Positions 54,285 through 64,000 of a stretch of DNA of 64,000 nucleotides are shown piece after piece; the stretch's first letter is position 1, and the number at the start of each line of letters is the position of its first letter. The position numbers and the translations under genes are program-made. The notes below the pieces were generated by a model. That model worked only from the letters and a program-made list of their open reading frames with translations. It had not been told where the DNA came from and ran no database searches. Location: assembly GCA_963693365.1 (NCBI GenBank), contig CAVNZM010000003.1:9189019-9253018 (forward strand), written 5' to 3'. Origin of the DNA: Amoebidium appalachense (lineage: Eukaryota > Protista > Ichthyosporea).

Positions 54285-55005
54285 CGCGCGCGTGCGTGCG
54301 TGTGTGTGTGTGTGTGCGTGCGTGCGTGCGTGTGTGCGTGTGTGCGTGTGTGCGTGTGTGCGTGTGTGTGTGTGAGTGTGTGTGTGTGTGTGTGTATGTG
54401 TGGTGTGGTGTGTGCGCGGCTTGTACATATGTACGTGTTCATGTGCACCTGTGTCGGACCTACGAAGTACATGAAAGTAAATTTTGACAGCATCGATCTG
54501 CCGGTGTGTATGTGTATGTGTGCCAGTGCAGCAGGTGTGCCTTGTAACTGATAGCTTCGCATTTTACGTGTGTGTATATATAGTAGTACGCATAGACACT
54601 TGCTGATCATTCGGATCGACATTAATATTTAATCTGTCGGTCCTCGGTTTTTTGAGTGAATGATGATCAAGTGTAAGAGCATTCACTTGGCAAGTATTAA
54701 TGTTGCAGAGGCTAGCTGCAGCTGCAAGCGTCGGATGCACACTGACAATTGTCTTTTCAGCGAGTCTAACCTGCAGGCAGCAGCTGCACACATATAGGGT
54801 TGTTATCTTGCGGCACATGCACGGTGATCATTTCAGAGTAATAGAGTTCAGAGCAATGAAAATAATGAAAATAACTAAACTTTGTGACTACTTTAAAGTT
54901 GCTGAGATCATACGTGGTGCAAGCTGCACTATGAACACATGTATAGTGCTAGTAATTAATACATTTTTGTTGCCTTCTGCAGGGTTATCGTAGCTACGTC
55001 ACGGC
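54105..55005 (-). CDS. Possible spliced second (cargo) gene inside the Zisupton element, 3' exons only
   Basis: Phase-compatible CAG-preceded exons 55005-54974, 54770-54600, 54497-54449 and 54118-54105 give ..[32 protein letters not shown]...[26 protein letters not shown]. The model needs one GC donor and has no homology support. Confidence 0.3.
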
Positions 55006-55603
55006 CTGCACTCAGGGGGGGGGGAGGGGGGGGAGAGGGGGGATGATTCGAAGGGGGTATAAATAAGAACATGCACCTAAAGGTCTTTCCCGTGGATCCT
55101 CCCCCCCTCCCCCCCCCCCACCTCTCCCTCCCCCGGGGCCCCATACTATGATATCTAGGCCCAATATTATATGCCCCTTCCCCCCCCCCCCCCCCCCCTC
55201 CTCTCCGGATCCCCGGACCCCACTTCCCTACCCGGAGGCTCAAGAGCTCCCCCCTTCCCCCCTTCCCCCCCCCTCCCCCCCCCCCCCAAGGCTTACGGGG
55301 GCCCTTCTTCATCGAGGGGGAGGGGGTGGGGGTGGGGGGGGTGGGGGGAGGGGGTGGGGGGAGGGAAGTGGAAGGCGGGGGTGGATGCATGTCAGCCTAG
55401 GTGAATTCAATTGTTTAACTCCAGTGTGCAGGACTGGTCTGAAGGCTTAAGAAAACAACGAGGAAATGGGGTCCAGTGGAGGTGGTGGTGGTGTTCTGTG
55501 TGTGTGTGTACACGTGCACGTATGTGTGTGGTTTTTTTAAGGGGTGAGTGGTGGTGGTGGTGGTGGTGGTGGTCACCGTGGTGGTGGTGTGTGTGTCTGG
55601 TGT

Positions 55604-55655
<52 letters not shown>

Positions 55656-57149
55656 TAGAAAGAAAAACTGCTCGTGGGTCACTGTTTTTCGTCACTGTAT
55701 TTGTAACGGGCCGCTCATATTTATATAACTACTTTAATTTAAGTACACGTGTTCATTATCATATACGATGGCCAAATATAGAAATTTTGGCGTCGAAGTT
55801 CTTGGAGCTAAAAAAACGTTTAAAAGGGGGAAATAATAGCTTGGCCCCAAATTTACCTTGCCGTTTTTAGCGAATGTATTTTTTATTCATGAGTTCTAGT
55901 GATTCAGTGAGTGCACGTGCCTGCCTCAGGCTGATCATGACAACTGCAACACACCATTCCTACATGGATATCAACCAAAAGAAAATAGTATATACTGTGG
56001 TGGTCTCCTAAACCTTGTGCGGCATGCGCATACATGATATTACAGTGACGCATGTGCATATTATTGTTCTGTACACCGGAGTGTGCCGGTGCACGTGGCT
56101 GTTTTGTGCACATGTTACAATAGCAGCACGATCTCCCTAAACTCCATGTTTACACATCCCTCACCCTGGCTCTGCCTTGTCGGTGCTCCAAAACACACAT
56201 ACAAATCCCCCTAGACTCAGTGCCTGCACATGGTCGCATTCACGTGCAGGTCACGTGACACATGCGATGCCATACTGCCGTCTACAGCAACAACCACGGC
56301 AGCATGTATACCGGCCCAGCACGAAATATACTTATCGGCAGCCCACTGAACTCGCCCATTTTCTCTTTTTCATGTATGTCCCTCCTTTTTTGTAAAATCA
56401 CCCTTTTTGGCCTCCCGGTAGTGGATTTTGCAGGATTTGACTTCTTTGAGGTCCAAAAACCTCAAATTTTCCCCGGCGGGGCCGGGGAGGGAGAATTCAA
56501 AAATTGCCCGCTCCTGATATGGTACCCGGGCCCATTTATCGATTCAGGTCGGATCAATAGACAAGGATTTTATGAGGTATGATTTGATTTGCGAAGCCTC
56601 TGGTGTAATTTACCGTGTAAACCCGGGCTGGTAGACTGCATGCAGGCCGTGTGAAAGCGTGTGTGCTCCGAATGCAGCGTCGGGACACCCTAAAAGGCGA
56701 AGACGAAAAGAAAAGAGCCCCCCAAAAAAGAAAAGGCAGCGAAAGTCCGAGAGATTCCATGACAACATTGAGCTTTATTGACACCAGAACGAAGTCATGA
56801 CCTAAAACCAATAAGGCCACAGCGTTTTTTATGTTATGTGTTCAAAGTTTAGTTTGGGCGGTTTGGCCACTTTTTTCTTTTCAGTAAACAATACATTAGT
56901 AGAGCATGCAATTGCATTTCTTGTATCAGATACAAGCACACATGCTATTCCCGTGACTTGGATGGTGAATACATATGCAAGCTGTGCGCACAGCTAATCA
57001 AGTTGCTCTCGCGCCCGCGCTCTAGCCTACCGTATGAAGCACATAAGCCGCTTAAAGAAGTATTTGCCCTCCCACCCTCTCTTCTCTATCCGACCTGTCC
57101 CCTCCTCACCTCTCCCCTCTTTCCTCCCCTCTCTCTCCCCTTCTCCCCT

Positions 57150-57771
57150 GGGCACAAATACAAATAAACCCCGCAATAGTGTGTGTGTGACTTTGGACTG
57201 CCACTTACTTATTAAACATGTACACAATCACAAGATAATCACGCAATATAACAAATGGAAAAAGATACCACACGACACTAGACCCGATGAAAGCATACAC
57301 CTTGAAAAACTAAGCCTTATGTCTCGTTTTATATATACTGACCGCCTCAACCATATTGCCAAATATGGCACTCGCAAGTGTATAACACCTAAATACATAT
57401 TACCTTCCTGTAGAACTGGTCTTTCTCTAGCTGATGGTATTGTTGATCAATTACCACGCTTTTACTGTACACGTGCTATACAGTGGAGATCTAATAAGTA
57501 TAAGGTGGCATCATTTGCATGCCCAAACAACACACACACACACCAGTTTAACCGGTCATGTATCGCCAAATGTAGTTTGATAGACCACATAATACCGCAA
57601 CACACACACGTCACATTCACAACAGACACCCAGAAAGATAGCCTACCTGTAAATTACAACATCCTTGATTTTATACTAAACACGCGTAACTACGACCTGT
57701 TTATTAGATGTATTGATTGGCTTGAGAAACACATCACTACAAAATTATAGCGCACGCGCACACACACACAC

Positions 57772-57828
<57 letters not shown>

Positions 57829-57830
57829 CC
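57150..57830 (+). mobile_element. Possible 5'-truncated non-LTR retrotransposon 3' end
   Basis: A-rich, non-repetitive ~200-codon open frame with a Cys/His-rich C-terminal part (RFYCTRAI...CPNNTHTHQFNRSCIAKC...LDFILN). Its TAG at 57750 is followed immediately by a (CA)n tail. No reverse transcriptase motifs or TSD were seen. Confidence 0.35.
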
Positions 57831-57860
57831 AGCTGATACCGAGTGTCCCGAGGGGAGCCC

Positions 57861-57897
<37 letters not shown>

Positions 57898-58376
57898 GGG
57901 GAACCCCAACTAATTGATTTCTCCTTGTAGTCTTTATGGTGTCTCGTAGAGAAAGTAAACCCTGATATATAGTCACCACCCGACATCTATGTACGTGATC
58001 ATGATATACCGCTGAGGGGATATTCCGAGCAAACCCCCCCCCCCCATACCTGAGACTGGTTCTCTTTGCCTCGAGTAAACAGCGTAAACCCCCCATGTAC
58101 ATGTGTACACGGCGGTTTGGAGCTCCGGAATGCACACACTATTTACCAAGTCACGGTTTATGCATAATCAAAATCAAAAGAAAAGGGTCCCATGATCGCA
58201 TGATGCTGGCATGGCATGCCATTGCCATGCCAACGGCATATTAAACCCCCGGATATCAGCTAGAGTGTATGCAGTGCTGCAGTGCATGGCCGGGTTCACG
58301 TTTGCTAAATGATATCTGATCAGGCTGCAGCTGTACCTACATCGGCCTCAGCCTGCGCGCCCGCGGTGTACATGTT

Positions 58377-58414
<38 letters not shown>

Positions 58415-58419
58415 ACCGG

Positions 58420-58757
58420 ATACCCCTCTGCGAAACGAGGGTTCTTAGTGATATCCACCCCTCTGCAGTGTCACATATCAAAAACCCCTCCGCGCTTACC
58501 CCTCTGCGGTGAATTAAATGTACACTCGCGGAGGGGTACTAACATCGCGGTGGAGGGGTAACTTATGAGGGGCAGAGGGGTGCACCCCTCTGCGTCGCCC
58601 AAAACACCCCTCTGCAGTGTCAGGTTTACCCCTCCGCCACGCACCCACACCCCTCCACGATTGCTGAAAAACCCCTCTGCCCCCCTCTGCAGTGTGACGG
58701 AGGGGTGACTCCACGGAGGGGTAAAAAATCACCCCTCTGCCGGCACCCCTCCGCCAT
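58420..58757. repeat. Right subterminal array of ACCCCTCYGC motifs
   Basis: More than 15 copies in both orientations, mirroring the 41420-41700 array. Confidence 0.9.
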
Positions 58758-59179
58758 GTTGTCACGCCCCCCCCCCCCCCCCCCCCCCCCGGGCCCCGGG
58801 GGGGGGGGGGGGGGGGGGTACCCACCACCCCCCTAACCCCCGAAACTTTCTACTACCCCCTCCCCCGGTTTCAAAATCAACGCTCCCTTATGTGAAACTA
58901 AGAAAATGCTCATCCGGTAGCACCTATTGCGCCTATACCCAAAAGCGAAAAAACAAGGGTACACTGCAGCCGGATAATGCCTTGTTTTCTGATCACTTTT
59001 TTTTATTTCATCCCGTTTCGTTGCGTTGGTCCTAAAGGTTCTCATGGAAAATACCTGATTCCACTACATATCATGCACCGACTGTACCCTAGCTAGCCTG
59101 CTAATTTTAATTAATGTAACCAGGTGCCACGTTCAGCTATGCAAGCAAAAAGTCTGAAGGCATAGACCTTTACCAACAC

Positions 59180-59311
<132 letters not shown>

Positions 59312-59511
59312 GCGCGCGCGCACACACACACACACACACACTAGGGCCCCGCCCCCGCCCCTCCCCCCTCCCCCCACCCTCCCCCTCTTTCCCCCGAGGC
59401 TCCCCTCTCCCCCCTTCCCCCCTCCTCCCCCCCCCCCCCCCCCCCCAAAAAAAAAAAAAAAAAGAAAAAGAAAAAGAAACAACAGGCTTTCAAGGGGAAA
59501 TCGATAACTTA

Positions 59512-59947
59512 GGGCGTGTTTGGCAGCCGAAAATAATCGTATTCGTGTCATTTTGCGAAAAGACGAATAATCGTGTTCACAAAAGTGGTATGCGTCTTTA
59601 GGGGTAATGATACGATTATGGCGTACCAACTGACACGCCTATTGACCCTTAATCTTTTCTTTTTGCAAACACCCTCCCGCTTCAACATCGACACAAAATC
59701 TCGATACGACAAAAGAATGCGAAATATCATCTTCGGTAGAATTCATTGGTAGCCGTTTGACCAATCGTAAATATAATAGCTAAAAGCGATCCGATTGGCT
59801 AGAGGTTATATCGTTTTCTCGAAAATCACCTCGTCCTCAGGTGATTTTCGATATAGGCCTAACTTCGATGTCCAACGTCTTTATCGTGTCCAGCCCATGT
59901 TGCGAAGCAGAGGCAATGGTGTAGGGATCTCAACGTTACCCGTTAAT
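59512..59947. mobile_element. Possible left end of a second PIF/Harbinger-type element (host of piggyBac-like element 2)
   Basis: TTA|GGGCGTGTTTGG resembles PIF/Tourist termini and coincides with an abrupt switch to microsatellite-free sequence. The partner end is not in the window. Confidence 0.35.
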
Positions 59948-61462
59948 GCTCCAGGGATTTGTGTAAAAAAGGGATAGCATTGGTACTTCTAACCCTTGGA
60001 AGCCTCATTCTATTTTGCTACGTTGCTCAGCTTTAATCGGTTTTTTTAAGCAGCATTCCACCCGGAGGCACCCGCATTCCACCCAAAACGACGAGGGGTG
60101 TTACGGACCCCTACATTCAACCCAGATCGATGGCATGCCGGGTGGAATGCGGTATGTGAAAAAGACGGATTTAATTTACGCGATAAGCAGCCAATCGCCA
60201 AAGGTATAGACACTTTTAAACATTCCTAGAGTAGGTCTACCCAATCGCAATGCTAGTTAGGTGATAACGAGAATATGCTTAATAGCCATAAGCCAATCAT
60301 CAGCAGGAACCGACCCTGACTAGTACCGAAGTCCTGAGCCAATCACAACAATGCATAAACATGGACCACCCCTTTTGGTTGGACAGAACTTTGTATGACA
60401 TAAAAAACACCACCATCTCGCATGATTTTCGCAAGTGGCCTTGTGGTTTTCAAGCGGGAGGAGGCAGCGGTGAGAGACGAAGATCCACCGAGTGCCTCTG
60501 ATTTCATGTCCATGAGTCTCGGGGAGCCACGACGGTAGCAAGAAATGGTCTTGCCTCCGGCAAAATCTTACATGGTAGAAAAAATATTCCAGAATTCATG
60601 GCATATCATACTTTCTTACACCACCACCTGAAACGTTCGCAACGTCCGCCCGGAAAGGTTCACTCAGCAAGCCGCCGCAGCACGACCTTGTGACCAAGGT
60701 ACGGGCTGCATCCCGTGCTCACCACGAGTTGAAAAACGCTGAGAAGGCCGGTTGGGAGTACGACAGTCCCCTCGTAAATACACGCGCAATAGAATCACCA
60801 AGTTTGATAATTCGCACAGATCTATTCGGACACTTTTGTCCTAATTAACCTATTTTTAGACGATCGCGCTATTTCTAGCGCAGTTGCATAGTAACCAGGC
60901 CTCAAAAAGGTGAAAACGTGAAATTCACGTCATTTCGACATAGTAACATATATAACATGTAGGGTCTCCGACGCCATCTCTTGGGCGCATTTGGTCATCG
61001 AAGATGGCGACCTTCTAAGAAAACACGTGGTTTTTCCGCTAAATTTTAATTTAAACTAAAATAACTTTCGTTGTGTGTTTCTGGAGCGGCTAAGACCACT
61101 ATGTGCTGCTAGCTAGAGATATAGGCTAACACATGCAAAAAACCCGACCACCTAATCTTAATTCTGAGGCAACCTACCTAAGGTCCAACTTAGGGCACTT
61201 TTATCGAGAAAACCTTAGCCACACTGTCCCTGTTACCACCCGTTCTACTTCTAAGACAATGTTTACGACTTTTGTTCAAATTTCTGGCTAGTTAAAGAGG
61301 AAAGTAAGTACAAAAGGTTTAAACGTGGTTCTTCTTTACACTTGTTGCTACTAGTTCCAGTCCCTTCTATTATAGAAAGACAAAATAAAGGAAGCTTATA
61401 CCCCACGAAAGGTATGCTCGAGATCACAAACCCAAAGCAGTCTGCAAAGTCTGCAACTTTAC

Positions 61463-61510
<48 letters not shown>

Positions 61511-64000
61511 CCTCCTAGCTCTCTCACACCTACTGCTCCTGCTCTTTGGTTCTGCGGTGGCGTACAGGCACCCCCCTTTCCAGGTGCAGCTCGTAGCAGT
61601 TGCGATGAGAATTTTTGTGGCACAATGCCACACCGCACCTGCTGCACATCCAGCTCACCCTGCTGCGCTTGTATCCCATTTGATCCGTGCGCGCGCACAT
61701 AACACAGTCGAGCCGCTTGCCGGCACCGATAAGCACCGGGTGACAGAGGTTGCTTCGTTTGGCGGTTGTGGTGTTTGTTGACAGCGATTTTAGAATGCGC
61801 GCGCTTTGTTTGCCCGCTTGCAGAAGTGGGTTGTTGAGAAGTTCACCCGCAAGTTTTTCGCGCCACTGCTCGTTTGAAAGTGCATTCTTGTCCCCGTCTG
61901 CAATGAAATGCTTGTAGGCCAGGTAGGTGTTTACAAACACCATACCAACTAACCCAGCAAAGGTGCGGTGCCAGGGTGTGTGGGGGACCCATGCCTGCTC
62001 GAGTGAACTGTTCCCTTGCCGGAGTTTGTTGTGTACGTCTGCACTGTTGAAATATGTGAAGTATTCGCGCACTGCTTTTGGCATGGGCACTTGTGTTCCG
62101 TTTTTTGTGATACGGGGAGCTCCTGCTTCCGTACTTCCTGCCGTCGTTACTACACGCATGCTGAAATCCTTATCCTGCCAACGTATGGCCCGTACTTCAA
62201 CCCCTCCCTCCGTAGTGGTAGTGGCTGCTGCCCATTTCCCCCTTCCCTCCTCGCACTTCGCTGCCAAAAGATTGGTTGGGAAGTTTTTATGTGCCGTTTT
62301 CACGTTTAGAACTGAGTAAAAGTTGAAGCGCTCTTTAAGGTTGACCGCGCATTTGACCGACCCAAACCAAGAGTCCGCGACAACTGTGCTTGGGTGGACA
62401 CCGTTTTGTGCTTTCCAAGGGGAAACAAGACGCAAAGTGACCGCTGTGCCCGCGCCGAGTTCCTTCTGGTACGGTTTCTCTTGCATCCGCTCCTTTCCTT
62501 CCTGCAATTCGAAGTTGATCATGATTCCCGTTTTCGAATCGTGCAAGACTTTGAACTCTTGCCCGAGAGGGTGGGGTTTTCGCTTGACATACGTGAGGCA
62601 AAAACAATCGTCGGAATAGAGGGGAACCATCGACTCGTCCCCTGTAAAAATATCACCCGGTTCGATTGCAAAAATGAAGGTCTCCTGAAGTTCAATCATG
62701 AAACCACGAATCTCTCCGGCTGGGTCGTCCGGAGCGTAGTTGCTGGTGTCTGACACAACAAGGAACCGGCGTATCTCATCAAAACGGGTGTGTGTCATGA
62801 AACGTCCAAGATTGTGGGCTGGAAAGATCGAGTGGGTGTTTTCGGTGTTCCAATACTTCCTTCGTTCACCGGGTTGGGGCCGACACACCATATAAAGCCA
62901 CACTCCCAGCCATGCATAAAACTCTCCCTCGGTCACATCGGTCCATTTCTTTCCCGTTTTCGCTTTTTCTGCTCGTGCCCGTTCATTTGTGAGTTTTAGG
63001 ATTGTTGTTTTAGTGAAGCTTCGCGGCCACCAGTGAAGAAAAAGAGCGAAAGCACTACCGTCGTTGAGTATTTCAGTGTTCGTAAGTTTGGGTTTCCGAA
63101 CCGGTTGTTGTTCACGTTTGTCTGCCAGTGGTGCCCCCGTGTTCAGCTCCCACTTGTACTCACTTTTGGGGTCATACTCGACTTCTTCCTCTTCTTCGGC
63201 CCTTTCCCCGTTCTCTCTCTCTCTTTCCCTGTTCCTTTCTTCTTCCACTTCGCTCAACTCATCGTCGTCCTCACTCATATCGGCACTGTTTCCTTCCTCT
63301 AGATCTCTCCCCTCTATCTCGCTCTCTCCCTCCTCACTTCCACTGTCGTCCCCCCTTCAATAGTGTGAATCTCGCTCCGTGGTACTTCTTCTACTTTCCC
63401 GTCGTGGTCTATGTGTACCAACCATTTATTGTTCTTTAATACTTGCATAGTTGTGCCTGTGAGCTGTTTCGTTTCCCATTCTTCACCAAACTGCTCTTTA
63501 CTCCAACGTTCATCATCGTTCCTGACTTTACCATCAAAGATGCATGCAAAAACCCAAACTCTCTGGTCTTTCCTTAAACGCCTAACCATTTTCTTTTCTT
63601 TTCACCTATTTCTACCCTAGTTCTACCTTGTTCTTTTTGTTTTCTAGCGCCCAAACTATCATGCGGTGTCTTTTAGTTCGGAAACCAAACGGTGTCCGTG
63701 ATCGGACAGTCGGACACCCCAAAACTGGGGGAAAACGGTTTGCACCCATGATCTTTTGCGCGCCAAAAGCTACTCACCCTGCAGTCCTATTGGTTTCCTA
63801 TAAAGACAAAAAAGGCAGAAACATACTAGACCTCATTGGCCATACCCAGCTTGTGGGGTGTTTCCTAGCGAAAACAACGCTAGCGACGCCGCCGAAAAAG
63901 ATAGGACACTTTTGTCCTTTTTAGCCATTAATTAGGACCGATTTGTCCGGTTATGCGGATTATCAAGTTTGTTCGGGACCAAAAGTTTAATGCCAACTTC
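59948..64000 (-). mobile_element. piggyBac-like element 2 (runs off the right edge)
   Basis: AAT|GCTCCA at 59945-59953 is identical to the element-1 terminus. An imperfect subterminal inverted repeat pairs 60804-60848 with 63928-63966. The element encloses a transposase. The left boundary is inferred only from similarity to the element-1 terminus. Confidence 0.7.
61530..63589 (-). CDS. piggyBac-type transposase, full DDD triad, one frameshift in a G6 run
   Basis: The 582-aa ORF has GDESM...KRKPHPLG, ADSWFGSV, ADVHNKLR and a C-terminal CVMC...CSRC...LC...CYELH. The upstream 91-aa ORF (63314-63589) joins it if one G is added to the run at 63350-63355 (...IEGGDDSGSEEG...), which is collinear with element 1. 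Confidence 0.9.

Larger units (their letters stand above)
42690..56559 (+). mobile_element. Zisupton/KDZ-like DNA transposon
   Basis: Perfect 26-bp TIR TATTGATCCGACCTGAATCGATAAAT at 42690-42715 and 56534-56559 brackets a Zisupton-type transposase gene. The 8-bp flanks GACATAGT and GACAAGGA match 5/8; Zisupton TSDs are described as 8 bp. Confidence 0.8.
41163..58887. mobile_element. Non-autonomous PIF/Harbinger-type DNA transposon (outer shell of the nest)
   Basis: Left end TTA|GGAAGCATTGATTTTGAACCCAGGGGGAGGGGGTAGTAGGAAGTTT; reverse complement of right end GGGAGCGTTGATTTTGAAACCGGGGGAGGGGGTAGTAGAAAGTTT. TTA flanks both sides (41160-41162 and 58888-58890), and the reconstructed target CACG-TTA-TGTG is quasi-palindromic. 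TTA/TAA duplication is the established Harbinger signature. No Harbinger transposase was seen inside. Confidence 0.82.

Noticed and set aside
41156-58894. CAC...GTG termini suggesting a CACTA/Transib element
   Set aside because: There is no TSD outside CAC/GTG. Moving the ends 7 bp inward gives a clean TTA duplication and Harbinger-type termini, so CAC/GTG is part of a palindromic target.
61081-61087. CTGGAGC as the right end of a MITE starting at 59948
   Set aside because: Only 7 bp match, it is not followed by AT, and there is no extended inverted repeat.

Overview
Eukaryotic, intron-rich DNA saturated with (CA/GT)n, (CT/GA)n and poly-C/G tracts, so most ORFs in the six-frame track are microsatellite artefacts. 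The organism cannot be named from this window; a protist or unicellular holozoan is only an inference. The left half holds a multi-exon secreted Cys-rich protein gene (- strand, running off the left edge), an intronless 114-aa secreted peptide with two 6-Cys repeats, and a ~24-kb Integrator subunit 2 (INTS2) gene, many of whose 3' splice sites have a (CA)n run directly abutting the CAG. The right half is a nest of DNA transposons. A non-autonomous PIF/Harbinger-type element (41163-58887, TTA duplication, subterminal ACCCCTCYGC arrays) contains a Zisupton/KDZ-like element (42690-56559, 26-bp TIR). That element encodes a 6-exon, ~1538-aa transposase with an intact WRN-like 3'-5' exonuclease inside its DDE core. 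A piggyBac-like element (42716-45549) sits at the inner edge of the Zisupton left TIR. A second, related piggyBac-like element starts at 59948. These two are atypical: GCTCCA termini, an apparent 2-bp AT rather than TTAA target duplication, long TIRs, and a conserved N-terminal Tudor/SH3-like domain. All alignments, splice models and family calls were made by eye and from memory, with no database searches.
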